A stretch of 20,895 nt of DNA from Campylobacterota bacterium (GTDB lineage Bacteria > Campylobacterota > Campylobacteria > Campylobacterales > Sulfurimonadaceae), in the NCBI GenBank assembly GCA_034717975.1, contig JAYEMF010000031.1:1-20895 (forward strand), in the 5' to 3' direction. The position numbers and the translations under genes are program-made. The notes beneath the pieces are model-generated. The model worked only from the letters and a program-made list of their open reading frames with translations. It had not been told where the DNA came from and searched no databases. Below are positions 8,035 through 18,277 of the stretch, one piece after another (the first letter of the stretch is position 1; the number at the start of each line of letters is the position of its first letter).

Positions 8035-10206
8035 TTAGATAGCGTCAATAATTGCGTTAAGTGTAGCAGATGGACGCATTGCTTTTTCAGCTTTAGCATC
8101 ATCTGGATGGAAGTAACCACCAACATCTTGAGCTTTACCTTCTACTGCAAGAAGCTCAGCCATAATAGTGTCTTCTTTTTCAGCAAGCTCTGCAGCTATC
8201 GGAGCAAACTTAGCAGCTAACTCAGCATTATCACCTTCAGCAAGTGCTTTCGCCCAGTACTGAGCTACGAAGAAGTGAGAAGCTTTGTTATCTGGCTCGC
8301 CACATTTACGTGAAGGCTCTTTTGAATTATCAAGGTAACCGTCATTTGCAACATCTAATGCAGCAGTAAGTGCAGAAAGTTTTGCGTCTGAGTGTTTGTT
8401 ACCTAAGAAACGTAAAGACTCAGCCAGTGCTAAAAACTCACCTAATGAATCCCAACGAAGGTGACCTTCAGCCAAGAATTGGTCAACGTGTTTAGGAGCA
8501 GATCCACCAGCACCAGTCTCATACAGACCACCACCAGCAATCAATGGAACGATAGAAAGCATCTTAGCAGATGTTCCAAGCTCCAAAATTGGGTACATAT
8601 CAGTAAGGTGGTCACGAAGAACGTTACCCGTTACAGCGATAGTGTTTTTACCTTCACGTACACGAGCGTTAGTGAAACGTGTAGCATCAGTAACTTTCAT
8701 GAATTGAATATCTAAACCAGATGTATCGTGGTCTTTTAGGTACTCGTTAACTTTTTTCATAAGTTCAGCATCGTGAGCACGGTTTTCATCTAACCAGAAT
8801 ACTGCCGGGATACCCTCTAAACGAGTTCTCTCAACTGTTAAACGTACCCAGTCACGAATTGGAATATCTTTTGTTCTTGCAAGTCTCCAGATATCACCCG
8901 CTTCACACTCAAAGCTCATAAGACAACCATCAGCACCAGTAACAGTTACAGTACCAGCTTCAGCAAGTTCGAATGTAGTTGGGTGAGAACCGTACTCTTC
9001 AGCTTTTTGAGCCATAAGACCGATATTTTGCATTGTACCCATAGTAGTTACATCGTACTGACCATTTTTAACACAGTCAGCTACCATCTCAGCGTGGAAC
9101 ATACCGTAAGTAGAATCAGGAATAACAGCAACACACTCTACTGCAGCACCAGTTCTATCCCACTGTTTACCACCTTCACGTACAACTACCGGCATAGAAG
9201 CATCGATAATTACATCGTTAGATGCGTTGAAGTTAGTTGTACCTTTGTCAGAATCAACCATCGCAAGTTTTGGAGAGTCAGTCTCAAGTGCTGCCAGGAA
9301 GTCAGCTTTGATCTCAGCTTCTTTAGCGTGACCAGCAATTTTCTTCTCTAGATCACTCATACCCATGTTAGGGTTAACATTAAGCTCTGCCAATGTATCT
9401 GCATGCTTAGCAAACACTTCTTCGAAGAATGCAACAAAACCGTGACCGAACATAATAGGGTCAGAGATCTTCATCATTGTTGCTTTTAGGTGTAGTGACC
9501 AAAGAACATCATTTGCTTTTGCATCTTCTATTGTTTTTTTGTAAAACGCTTTAAGAGCAGCAACTGACATAAATGTACCATCAAGTACTTCACCAGCAAG
9601 TGCATCGATAGAAGTCAGCTCTTTACCGTTAAGAGCGATTGTTACTTTTTGGTCTTTATCTAAAGTTACAGATTTTTCATGTGAGAAGAAATCTCCATTG
9701 CCTTCCATGTGAGCTACATACGCTTTTGAGTTTTCAGCAAATGGCTTGAGACGGTGTGGGTTTTTCTGAGCAAAGTTCTTAACCGCTTTAGCAGCACGAC
9801 GATCAGAGTTACCTTCACGAAGAACCGGGTTAACCGCTGAACCTAGACATACACCGTATTTAGCCTGGATAGCTTCTTCATCAGCATTCGCAGGATTTTC
9901 AGGGTAGTTAGGGATGTCATAACCTTGACCTTGAAGTTCAGCGATACAATCTTTAAGTTGACCTACTGAAGCAGAGATGTTTGGAAGTTTAATGATGTTT
10001 CCATCGTCTTGAAGAACAACTTCACCTAGTTTAGAAAGTTCATCTTCCGCTTTACCCATTGCAGCTAAAACGCGACCTGCTAGTGAAATATCACTAAGAA
10101 CCACTTCAACACCAGCAGCTTTTGTGAAAGCATTAACGATTGGTAGTAATGAATACGTTGCTAAAGCCGGAGCTTCATCAATTTTTGACCAAATGATTTT
10201 TGACAT
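8035..10206 (-). CDS. icd: Monomeric NADP-dependent isocitrate dehydrogenase
   Basis: DEAPALATYS, IIKLPNISAS, GSAVNPVLREGNSDRR, LHLKATMMK, ETGAGGSAPKH, HLRWDSLGEF. Start set at ATG 10206 (MSKIIW, 723 aa), 7 nt after AAGGA, rather than 10221. Confidence 0.96.
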   Translation of the reverse strand: MSKIIWSKIDEAPALATYSLLPIVNAFTKAAGVEVVLSDISLAGRVLAAMGKAEDELSKLGEVVLQDDGNIIKLPNISASVGQLKDCIAELQGQGYDIPNYPENPANADEEAIQAKYGVCLGSAVNPVLREGNSDRRAAKAVKNFAQKNPHRLKPFAENSKAYVAHMEGNGDFFSHEKSVTLDKDQKVTIALNGKELTSIDALAGEVLDGTFMSVAALKAFYKKTIEDAKANDVLWSLHLKATMMKISDPIMFGHGFVAFFEEVFAKHADTLAELNVNPNMGMSDLEKKIAGHAKEAEIKADFLAALETDSPKLAMVDSDKGTTNFNASNDVIIDASMPVVVREGGKQWDRTGAAVECVAVIPDSTYGMFHAEMVADCVKNGQYDVTTMGTMQNIGLMAQKAEEYGSHPTTFELAEAGTVTVTGADGCLMSFECEAGDIWRLARTKDIPIRDWVRLTVERTRLEGIPAVFWLDENRAHDAELMKKVNEYLKDHDTSGLDIQFMKVTDATRFTNARVREGKNTIAVTGNVLRDHLTDMYPILELGTSAKMLSIVPLIAGGGLYETGAGGSAPKHVDQFLAEGHLRWDSLGEFLALAESLRFLGNKHSDAKLSALTAALDVANDGYLDNSKEPSRKCGEPDNKASHFFVAQYWAKALAEGDNAELAAKFAPIAAELAEKEDTIMAELLAVEGKAQDVGGYFHPDDAKAEKAMRPSATLNAIIDAI

Positions 10207-10237
10207 ATACGTGTCCTTCATATTTTAAGATTAGGAC

Positions 10238-10246
10238 ATAATAGCA
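10238..10246 (-). promoter_or_regulatory. Candidate sigma70 extended -10 promoter for icd and the cluster
   Basis: TGCTATTAT (TGn-TATTAT) about 30 nt upstream of the icd start, with an AT-rich upstream region typical of Campylobacterota promoters. Confidence 0.6.
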
Positions 10247-10305
10247 CTTCGAAACATAATAATCTATAAGATAGAATGAACAGAAAAGAAAGTTGTTTTA
10301 ATGCT

Positions 10306-11253
10306 TCATTTTGTAGCACTTCGTATGTTCTTTAGGTGTGTAGAATAGTAACGCGTGTACTTGTGCTGCCCACTCTTCATCTTCATAAAGTAGAGATAAT
10401 CAGTTTTAGCCGGAAAGATAGCCGCCTTTATAGCAGTAAAGCTCACATTGCATACCGGGAACTCTGGCAAACCTCTATATTTGTAAGTGTTATAGCGCGT
10501 CTTATCGGTACGTATACGCTTTGCTGTGATCTTGACATGGGAATATTTCCCATAATTCAGTGTCCCATCCATCTGCAGCTTCATCCCCTCATGCAGGCGG
10601 TTTTGAATGACTGAGCTGACAAAGGCCATATCGTCATTATCGGCGGCCTCTTTCTGTATGACGGAAGCAAGTGTTACATATTGAAACCATTTTCGTTCAT
10701 TATAAATGCCAAATATCTTCATCGACAATGCCTGCATCTGTTTCTTGGACTGGTTCAAGAGCAGTCGGATAACTTCTTCTTCGGTAATCCCCAACGGCAG
10801 CTTATAGGTGTTGGGCACGAGAGCCCCCTCATGTATAGGTGTCAAACGATTATAATAAGCAAATAGCTTGGAGCGATCGAGATTCATCTCCTCTGACAAC
10901 TGTCCAAGAAAGACATAGGTCGTTTCCCCAGGGATCAGCGTAATATCACGCATAGCCGCTTTGGCCGTTGACAGATGATAAAGAAAATCGGCATGAGTAA
11001 GCTTATGCGTACCGATGTAAATCCAGCCTTTCTGGGGCATCCCGATAAAACGCAGAAAGTAGCCGTCCAACGGGGAAACATCGATATCTTTATAAGCTAG
11101 GTATGTTATGATTTTATTAATAGAGCCTGATGGGATATAAAGGACTTTCGAGGTTTTGACAGGAAGGTTGAGATAGTAGATGAATGACAGAGCAATAATC
11201 AGTGCTATTTCAAAAATCCATGACAATATAGTCGTTTTTTTTGCTGTCATCAT
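10306..11253 (-). CDS. mltG: Endolytic peptidoglycan transglycosylase MltG (YceG family)
   Basis: N-terminal TM helix (ILSWIFEIALIIALSFIYYL), TLIPGET, EGALVPNTY, catalytic LASVIQKEA, LQMDGT, YNTYKYRGLP, YLYF. Start uncertain: in-frame ATGs at 11250, 11253, 11268 and 11325. Confidence 0.9.
   Translation of the reverse strand: MMTAKKTTILSWIFEIALIIALSFIYYLNLPVKTSKVLYIPSGSINKIITYLAYKDIDVSPLDGYFLRFIGMPQKGWIYIGTHKLTHADFLYHLSTAKAAMRDITLIPGETTYVFLGQLSEEMNLDRSKLFAYYNRLTPIHEGALVPNTYKLPLGITEEEVIRLLLNQSKKQMQALSMKIFGIYNERKWFQYVTLASVIQKEAADNDDMAFVSSVIQNRLHEGMKLQMDGTLNYGKYSHVKITAKRIRTDKTRYNTYKYRGLPEFPVCNVSFTAIKAAIFPAKTDYLYFMKMKSGQHKYTRYYSTHLKNIRSATK
11104..11112 (+). promoter_or_regulatory. Candidate extended -10 promoter for the YhdP/AsmA-like gene (inside mltG)
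   Basis: TGTTATGAT (TGn-TATGAT) about 68 nt upstream of ATG 11180. Confidence 0.4.
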
Positions 11254-14200
11254 CCTCTCTTTATCCATACTTTTTTTTGTACTGAAAGAGGGTCTGATTA
11301 TTGAACGACTCTTGCTTCCAGGCATTGAAGTTCAGCAATTATACATAAAATGGCATGAAAAGCTTTCACTGACCGCCAACAAAATATATGTTACAAAAAG
11401 TAGCAGAGAGAAATCTGAAAAACTGCCCTCTGAACTTATAAAGGAGACCTTGAGCTATATCAAATGGTTTGAGGATTGGATAGAGACCGTTAGTATTGCT
11501 CATATAGAGCTAGATGACATTAATGCTACTTTTCGTTATAAGGATGGTGAAAAGGGCCGAATCATACTGCGCTCATCTTCTATGACACTTGATGCCAAAC
11601 TCGATTTGAGTAATGATTACTTCTTTGCACATTTAACTTTTGATGATAAACAGCGGGATATAGAGGTAAAAGGAGTTTCGGTTATCGATCTCGGCACCCT
11701 CACCTCCTACTCAAAACTGAATATAAGTGCCGTCAAATCTGCAGATATTACACTCTATTTGAGAGCTGATCAAGATGAGCTAGCTTTTACCCTCGACTCA
11801 AACAGACCTATTACCGATCTTCGACCGATCGTTGACCTTTTTCAGCTGCATGAGAAGATAACACCATGGATTGTGGATTATAGCTCCGGGACAGCCTTTC
11901 ATCTACATAGCATGAAGGGGGGTCTTTCTTATGATAATCCAAAAGAGATTTTAAACACCCTCTATGCCCAAGCCACCTACACCGATTTCAGCTATAAATT
12001 TCAGCCGGGACTGCCACCTATCAAAACCTCCCATACTGACTTTGTATTTGAGAAGGGTGTACTCAATATCATTCCGAAAAATGCCTACTATTGCAAGCAG
12101 CGTACAGGAGAGAGCTGGCTGGACATCGATTTTAATCCTGAAGAGGAGCCGGTGCTTAATGCCTATGTCATTACTACCTCTCAATTGGACCAGGACCTTA
12201 TAGACCTGCTTGACTATTTTGACATTCCACTTCCATTTCTTCAATCAGAAGGTGTGACTCAAGCCAATCTTACGCTTAACATTCCTCTTCTCAGTGTTGA
12301 TGTCAAAGCCAATGGTGATTTTTATATCGAAAAAGGCGAAGTACTCTTCAGAGGAGTTCCCTGGCAAGTTACAAATTCCACGATCTCCCTGCATAACAGT
12401 AAAGTGACAGTAGAAAAGGTCAATATTGGCTATGAAAAAATACTTCAAGCCTCTGTGGATGGGCTGATGGATTTTGGCGGAGGCAAAACAGATCTGAAGA
12501 TCAAGGCAAAAGAGTTTACCCTTAACATGGGAGAATCACTTCTATCGTTAGACAACAACAGAACACAGTTAATGATAGACTATAAGCTCTCTCCAAAATC
12601 AGAATCCGTCACGCTTAGCGCCTCTGCATGGAAATTCAACGATCAAAATATATCGATTGCATCGTTTAGAGCACCTTTCAATTTTGATTCGGTTCTATTG
12701 AATATGCCAAATGTTTCCGGATCACTTGGTGATTATGCTGACTTTACGGCAGAAGGTCCCGTCAATTTAGCCAAACTGACAGCAGATCTAAAAATTGACC
12801 TTCTTAGACTTGAGTTGCAGAGTATTATTTTGGATCAGGCTCATTTTCCATTTTCCGCGCATTATGATGAAAATCTCACTATCACCAGCTATGAGGATAT
12901 GCACCTTAACTATGCCGATACAGACATTACCGCCGGTCCATCAATTTTCACGATCAACAAAGAAAGCCTGAGCATAGTAAAAAACCATTTTTCCATAGCA
13001 AATCTGATAGAGAGTGAACTGGGAGGGAGTTATAATATCTCAAAAGGACTGGGTGAGTTTACACTGCATGATTTTGTCATTTCCAATGAAGATGCAGGTG
13101 ATCTTTTCAAAACAGACAAAGAGATAGCCGTCAACATTATCAATGATAAAAAAGCTATATTTGTCTCGGTTCCATCACTTACATTAAATGCCAGGACAAA
13201 AAGAGATGGATGGAAACTCTCTTTTTCCGATTTTGGAAAACTTTCGGAACACTCTACGCTCATGCGAGACTACAATCTAACCGACGGTTCCCTCACGATT
13301 GAAACAGAAACAGGTTCCGAGCCCTACAGACTCAATGGAAAAGTCAACTACCCCTATCCATTTATCGTCGATGACAAAACCCCTGTTAATGACTATATCT
13401 TCTACGGCTCTATTCAAAATGGCAAGACAAAACTCAATGTCAATGAAAATATTGATATTGACATATCGGATCGCATCAAAATACGCTCAAAAAATATAGG
13501 TTACAACAGCGATGCTATTATAAATTTCATTAAAGACCATCCCAGTGACGATAATCAGACAAACCTGCCAAGTGTCACTATGACCGCCAATAACAGTTTT
13601 ATGCATTTCTCACCAAAGTCCCGTGCATTAGCTGATATGATAACCCTTGATATGAACGGGACACAGATAACAGCGAGTCTTTTGCACAAGAAAGGCATCG
13701 CAATATTTGAACTTAATGACAAGACTTTTTATGCTGACGGACAACTTTTTGGTGGAGAGTTTATGACGGGAGTATTTGCAGCATCTGAGTTTGAAGGCGG
13801 CAACCTGCTCTTTAACGTCAACGGTACACTCGAACATGCTGATGGGGTACTCTATATCGACAACACTACGTTGAAAGAGTATAAGGCACTCAACAATATT
13901 CTGGCATTCATCAATACCGTCCCCTCCCTTGCAACCTTTTCCCTGCCAGGCTACAGCAAAAAAGGGATCAAGGTTGATGAAGCTTATGCACGATTTACCC
14001 ATAAAAACAATAAAATCTTTTTTGATTCCATTAAACTGGACTCAAAAGAGATGGATATTGTGGGGACAGGTTTCACTGATTATATCAACAATAAAATCGA
14101 TATGGATATGACATTCAAAACTGACCTGGGCACGACAGTCAGTAAAATTCCTGTCGTCGGTTATCTACTTCTAGGCAAGGATGGTTCGATTTCAACCTCC

Positions 14201-14338
14201 TTCAAAGTAACCGGCGCACTGGATGACCCAGAAGTTGAAACACAAACCGTAAAAGATGTAGCCGTAGCCCCGTTCAATATCATCAAGCGGGCAGTGACCC
14301 TGCCGTTTTGGATATTCTCATCAGAGGAAGAAGAGTAG
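11180..14338 (+). CDS. AsmA-like / YhdP-type periplasm-spanning protein (putative phospholipid transport bridge)
   Basis: 1052 aa; single N-terminal TM segment (IVVFFAVIILSLSILFFVL), long beta-strand-rich body, C-terminal SKIPVVGYLLLG...SFKVTGALDDPEV resembling the AsmA_2/YhdP C-terminus. Confidence 0.8.
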   Translation: MNDRAIISAISKIHDNIVVFFAVIILSLSILFFVLKEGLIIERLLLPGIEVQQLYIKWHEKLSLTANKIYVTKSSREKSEKLPSELIKETLSYIKWFEDWIETVSIAHIELDDINATFRYKDGEKGRIILRSSSMTLDAKLDLSNDYFFAHLTFDDKQRDIEVKGVSVIDLGTLTSYSKLNISAVKSADITLYLRADQDELAFTLDSNRPITDLRPIVDLFQLHEKITPWIVDYSSGTAFHLHSMKGGLSYDNPKEILNTLYAQATYTDFSYKFQPGLPPIKTSHTDFVFEKGVLNIIPKNAYYCKQRTGESWLDIDFNPEEEPVLNAYVITTSQLDQDLIDLLDYFDIPLPFLQSEGVTQANLTLNIPLLSVDVKANGDFYIEKGEVLFRGVPWQVTNSTISLHNSKVTVEKVNIGYEKILQASVDGLMDFGGGKTDLKIKAKEFTLNMGESLLSLDNNRTQLMIDYKLSPKSESVTLSASAWKFNDQNISIASFRAPFNFDSVLLNMPNVSGSLGDYADFTAEGPVNLAKLTADLKIDLLRLELQSIILDQAHFPFSAHYDENLTITSYEDMHLNYADTDITAGPSIFTINKESLSIVKNHFSIANLIESELGGSYNISKGLGEFTLHDFVISNEDAGDLFKTDKEIAVNIINDKKAIFVSVPSLTLNARTKRDGWKLSFSDFGKLSEHSTLMRDYNLTDGSLTIETETGSEPYRLNGKVNYPYPFIVDDKTPVNDYIFYGSIQNGKTKLNVNENIDIDISDRIKIRSKNIGYNSDAIINFIKDHPSDDNQTNLPSVTMTANNSFMHFSPKSRALADMITLDMNGTQITASLLHKKGIAIFELNDKTFYADGQLFGGEFMTGVFAASEFEGGNLLFNVNGTLEHADGVLYIDNTTLKEYKALNNILAFINTVPSLATFSLPGYSKKGIKVDEAYARFTHKNNKIFFDSIKLDSKEMDIVGTGFTDYINNKIDMDMTFKTDLGTTVSKIPVVGYLLLGKDGSISTSFKVTGALDDPEVETQTVKDVAVAPFNIIKRAVTLPFWIFSSEEEE
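11338..11343 (-). promoter_or_regulatory. Candidate -10 box for mltG (inside the YhdP-like gene)
   Basis: Perfect TATAAT on the minus strand, upstream of all candidate mltG starts. Confidence 0.4.
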
Positions 14339-14344
14339 TAAGCT

Positions 14345-15547
14345 CTACTCGTTTCTCAGTACTGTCAGCACATCCACTTCACTGGCTTTTTTTGCCGGGT
14401 AGTATGACGAGAGCAGCACGATCACAAAAGCACCTGAAATGATAGAGAAGAAATCACTCATGCTAAGGTCTAGAGGCAGTGTTGATGTCGGATAGACATC
14501 TTTTGGCAGTGAAACGATATCGAAAGTACCGAGTACCCAGATACCGCTTAGACCTAAAACAGCTCCTGCCACGATTCCGCCAATACCGATCACAACACCA
14601 AGATAGAGAAAAACTTTCTTAATCTCCATGGCTGATGCGCCCAAAGAGATCAGTAGGGCAATCTCACTGCGTCTGTTCATCACTGTCATCAGAAGCGATG
14701 AGATGATATTGATCGCAGCGATCAGGATAATCAGCATCAAGACAATAAAAAGAGCTGTCTTTTCCATCTCCAGGGCAGCAAAAAAGTTGACATTATCTTC
14801 CCACCACCCTTTGGCTGTCACCGACATCGGCAACTTCTCTTTTATACGGACAATATCTGCCTGCGGCTCTTTGGAGAAGATATGGATACCGTCATACTCA
14901 TTGGCCGAAAGGTGCAACACCTTCTGAAGGGATTCGAGTGTGGTATAACTGTAGGCCTTGTCATAAGCAGAGAGGCCGGAATCAAAAGTGCCCTGAACCC
15001 TAAAGCGTTTGACCCTGGGAGTAACAGCCAGGCCACCCGGTTCCATCTGTGTAAAGATATAGGTGAGCTTCTCTTTACTGTGTACGTCAAATGAGGTATA
15101 AAGACTCTTGCCGACAAGAACATCAAACTTTCCTAAATCAAGCCCTTCAATAGCGTCTCCGACAACGCTGTTGACCTTGGCTTCATCACTGAAATTGACC
15201 CCGAAAAGATAACCGCCTTCCAACCGTGAGCCTTTTCTGGCAATAACAGGAGATGATACATAGGGGCTGAAGTGTAATTCCGGAAATGACATTTCGAGTT
15301 CCATCAGCAGCTGATCATTGACACTGCCATAGAAGCGTGGAAGAATGGTGATCGGGTAGTTCATAACAGTGAGCTTCTTTTTAAACTCATTGTCAAAGCC
15401 GTTCATCAGCGCCATGGCGATAATCAGGACCATCACACCGAGCATGATGCCTAGGAAGGCAAGCAGTGCGGAGAGAAAGATGAAGGGTTGATCATTGTCA
15501 AAGCGGAGAAAACGCTTGACGAGGTAAGGAACGATGGAGTGCGTCAC
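14345..15547 (-). CDS. Lipoprotein-releasing ABC transporter permease (LolC/LolE family, LolF-type)
   Basis: 400 aa; TM1 [23 protein letters not shown], periplasmic domain, then [29 protein letters not shown] and YYPAKKA. GTG start overlaps the secA stop (GTGA). The lolA-secA-lolF order matches Helicobacter/Campylobacter as I recall it. Confidence 0.9.
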   Translation of the reverse strand: MTHSIVPYLVKRFLRFDNDQPFIFLSALLAFLGIMLGVMVLIIAMALMNGFDNEFKKKLTVMNYPITILPRFYGSVNDQLLMELEMSFPELHFSPYVSSPVIARKGSRLEGGYLFGVNFSDEAKVNSVVGDAIEGLDLGKFDVLVGKSLYTSFDVHSKEKLTYIFTQMEPGGLAVTPRVKRFRVQGTFDSGLSAYDKAYSYTTLESLQKVLHLSANEYDGIHIFSKEPQADIVRIKEKLPMSVTAKGWWEDNVNFFAALEMEKTALFIVLMLIILIAAINIISSLLMTVMNRRSEIALLISLGASAMEIKKVFLYLGVVIGIGGIVAGAVLGLSGIWVLGTFDIVSLPKDVYPTSTLPLDLSMSDFFSIISGAFVIVLLSSYYPAKKASEVDVLTVLRNE

Positions 15548-18114
15548 GACGCAAACGCACCTTTTTTCGGGCCGCTTTTACCGCAGCACTGCTTGTATTT
15601 TTTACCGCTGCCACAGGGACAGGGATCGTTTCTGGCAACTTTTTTCTCACTCATCGGTTCATCATCGGAAAGGTTGAGTGACATCTGTGCCTCACGCGCT
15701 TTTGTCTCCTGAGCAAGCTTTTTGGCAAAAGCCTCTGCCTCTTCTTCTGCTGACTGCATCTTGAACTGAATGATCTGAAGGGTCTTGATCGTATCGTACT
15801 TGATCGTCTCGACAAGTTCACTAAAGAGGTTGAAGCTCTCTTTTTTGTACTCGACCAGCGGATCTTTCTGGTTGTAGGCACGCAGGCGGATACCTGTTTT
15901 CATCGTATCCATCTGATAGAGATGCTCACGCCATGCTGTATCGAGTGTTTTCAAGTAGATCTCACGCTGAATATCGTGTCGAAGCTGACCATCAAGGACA
16001 CTCATCTTCTCATCATAACGTGCTTTAATCACTGTTTCAATTTTTTCGCTCAGTTCTTCATATTCAAGCGCATTGAGCGCTTCAAGATCAAGCGTGAAGT
16101 TCATCTCTTCTTGAAGCATTGCAGCAAGTTTATCAAGATTGAAATCCTCATGGGCCGTACCATCATAAATATCACACTGTATAAGCGTACGCTGAACATA
16201 TTCGTGACGGTTTGTATCGATCTTCTCGTCGATTGCAAATTCCGGATCAAGGAGTTCATTACGGAACCTGTAGACGATCTTGCGCTGTTCGTTGGCTACA
16301 TCATCATACTCAACGATCTGCTTACGACCTTCAAAGTGAAGGTTCTCAACTTTTTTCTGCGCCTTTTCAACGGCACGGGTCACCATTTTTGACTCGATGT
16401 ACTCGCCATCTTCAACGCCTAAGCGCTCCATGATCGATTTGATCTTGTCTGAACCGAAGATACGCAGCAGGTTGTCTTCAAGACTCAGGTAGAACTGTGA
16501 AGAACCTGGATCACCCTGACGGCCTGAACGTCCGCGGAGCTGATTGTCGATACGACGGTTTTCATGACGTTCCGTCCCGATGATATAGAGCCCACCCAAG
16601 GCTTTGATCTCATCACTCACTTTGATATCAACCCCACGTCCAGCCATATTGGTAGCGATCGTAATAGCACCCTTTTCACCGGCATGCTTAATGATCTCAC
16701 CCTCTTGCTCATGATTTTTTGCATTAAGTACAGTATGGGCAATCTTCTCCTGCTTGAGCAACTGATGCAGAAGCTCTGACTTTTCAATGGAAGCTGTACC
16801 GACAAGGATAGGCTGACCTTTACCATTCAGCTCTTTGATGGTTGCGATTGTGGCAGCAAACTTTTCTGCTTCTGTTTTATAGATAAGGTCATTCATATCG
16901 TTACGAACAACTTTTACATTGGTTGGGATAGAGACCACATCCAGTTTATAGATCTGTGCAAACTCGGTAGCTTCGGTCTGTGCAGTACCCGTCATTCCGC
17001 CAATTTTTTCATACATGCGGAAATAGTTCTGAAACGTGATATCGGCAAGGGTCTGTGTCTCTTCTTTGATCTCAACGCGTTCTTTGGCTTCAAGTGCCTG
17101 GTGAAGACCTTCGGAGAAGCGGCGTCCTTCACTTAAACGACCGGTAAACTCATCAACGATGACCACTTCACCCTCTTTCAGAACATAATCAACATCGATC
17201 TCAAAAAGATTGTTGGCTTTAAGGGATTGATCGAGGTGGTGTGAAAGCGCCGAGTTTTCAAGGCTGTAAAGGTTATCGACATCAAAAAGCTTTTCAGCCT
17301 CAGCGATCCCCTCTTCCGTGATTAGAACCACTTTGTCTTTTTCATCAACGGTAAAGTGTTCATCTTTGACCAGTTTTCTGGCTACATCATCCGCACGGCT
17401 GTAGTTTTCCAGAGTACGGTTTGTAGGACCGGAGATAATAAGCGGTGTTCTTGCCTCATCGATCAGAATCGAATCGACTTCATCAACGATGACAAAGTGA
17501 TGACGGCGCTGAACCATCTGCTCTTGCGAATAACTCATGTTATCACGCAGGTAGTCAAATCCAAATTCGTTATTGGTCCCATAGGTGATATCGGCACTGT
17601 ATTGACGGCGTTTCTCCTCGTGATCGTACATCGATTCGAGGACAATACCTGTCTCATAGCCCAAAAAGCTGTAGAGTTCACCCATCTCCGTACCATCACG
17701 CTTTGCGAGGTAGTCATTCACTGTTACCAGGTGAACGCCCTGCCCCATCATCGCATTGAGGGCAATCGGAAGTGTAGCGACAAGCGTTTTACCTTCACCT
17801 GTCTTCATCTCGGCAATACGCCCTTCATGCAGGACCATTCCCCCGACAAGCTGTACATCAAAGTGGCGCATACCCAGTACACGCTTCGATGCTTCTCTGG
17901 TAATCGCAAATGAGTCCACCAATACACTGTTAAGACTCTTGTTTTCGTTTTGAACAGACTCTTTAAGTGCGTTAAAGCTTGCCTTGAGCTCATCATCACT
18001 CATGGCTTCATACTGTTTTTCAAGCGCATTGATCTGCTTGACACGTTTATTGTATTGTTTTAATTCCCGATCGTTCTTAGTTCCGAATATCTTACCAAAC
18101 ACTGACTGTAGCAT
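15544..18114 (-). CDS. secA: Preprotein translocase ATPase SecA
   Basis: 856 aa; [55 protein letters not shown]-terminal zinc motif [17 protein letters not shown]. Confidence 0.99.
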   Translation of the reverse strand: MLQSVFGKIFGTKNDRELKQYNKRVKQINALEKQYEAMSDDELKASFNALKESVQNENKSLNSVLVDSFAITREASKRVLGMRHFDVQLVGGMVLHEGRIAEMKTGEGKTLVATLPIALNAMMGQGVHLVTVNDYLAKRDGTEMGELYSFLGYETGIVLESMYDHEEKRRQYSADITYGTNNEFGFDYLRDNMSYSQEQMVQRRHHFVIVDEVDSILIDEARTPLIISGPTNRTLENYSRADDVARKLVKDEHFTVDEKDKVVLITEEGIAEAEKLFDVDNLYSLENSALSHHLDQSLKANNLFEIDVDYVLKEGEVVIVDEFTGRLSEGRRFSEGLHQALEAKERVEIKEETQTLADITFQNYFRMYEKIGGMTGTAQTEATEFAQIYKLDVVSIPTNVKVVRNDMNDLIYKTEAEKFAATIATIKELNGKGQPILVGTASIEKSELLHQLLKQEKIAHTVLNAKNHEQEGEIIKHAGEKGAITIATNMAGRGVDIKVSDEIKALGGLYIIGTERHENRRIDNQLRGRSGRQGDPGSSQFYLSLEDNLLRIFGSDKIKSIMERLGVEDGEYIESKMVTRAVEKAQKKVENLHFEGRKQIVEYDDVANEQRKIVYRFRNELLDPEFAIDEKIDTNRHEYVQRTLIQCDIYDGTAHEDFNLDKLAAMLQEEMNFTLDLEALNALEYEELSEKIETVIKARYDEKMSVLDGQLRHDIQREIYLKTLDTAWREHLYQMDTMKTGIRLRAYNQKDPLVEYKKESFNLFSELVETIKYDTIKTLQIIQFKMQSAEEEAEAFAKKLAQETKAREAQMSLNLSDDEPMSEKKVARNDPCPCGSGKKYKQCCGKSGPKKGAFAS

Positions 18115-18142
18115 CTGCTGCCTTGTAGTTAAAAATCAGGGG

Positions 18143-18151
18143 ATTATATCA
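18143..18151 (-). promoter_or_regulatory. Candidate extended -10 promoter of secA and the Lol permease
   Basis: TGATATAAT (TGn-TATAAT consensus) about 29 nt upstream of the secA ATG. Confidence 0.7.
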
Positions 18152-18245
18152 CTCCCTATATATGGATTGGCTAAAGCTCCCGTAAAGAGCATATAAACAT
18201 AATAATACTAATTAATATGAACAGCTCTATTTACACTTTTTTAGC

Positions 18246-18251
18246 TATAAT
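18246..18251 (+). promoter_or_regulatory. Candidate -10 box of lolA
   Basis: gcTATAAT 26 nt upstream of the lolA ATG, preceded by a T-rich tract. Confidence 0.65.
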
Positions 18252-18277
18252 CTCTATTATTTTTCTTAAGGCAGCCT

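Noticed and set aside
181..9351. Many 60-163 aa + strand ORFs opposite oor, suc, fum and icd (e.g. 1892-2245, 3299-3667, 3725-4216, 8983-9351)
   Set aside because: Antisense shadows of highly biased housekeeping genes, with no domain features.
10207..10221. icd start at ATG 10221
   Set aside because: The extra codons contain the AAGGA RBS for ATG 10206 and lie too close to the candidate -10 box.
11235..11278. T8 tracts as phase-variation sites
   Set aside because: A/T octamers are common in these genomes, Campylobacterota contingency loci are mostly poly-G/C or dinucleotide repeats, and both frames are intact.
11269..11325. Longest mltG start (MPGSKSRS...)
   Set aside because: No RBS and only a few nt from the predicted transcription start; the open frame is probably a by-product of the opposite-strand gene. 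Not formally excluded.
15488..15712. + strand 74-aa ORF containing [15 protein letters not shown]
   Set aside because: It is the antisense shadow of the SecA SEC-C motif ([12 protein letters not shown]), a common spurious ORF.
17356..17913. 185-aa + strand ORF and other ORFs overlapping secA (e.g. 15922-16392)
   Set aside because: Lie wholly within the conserved secA gene and show no recognisable motifs; long antisense frames arise from codon bias.
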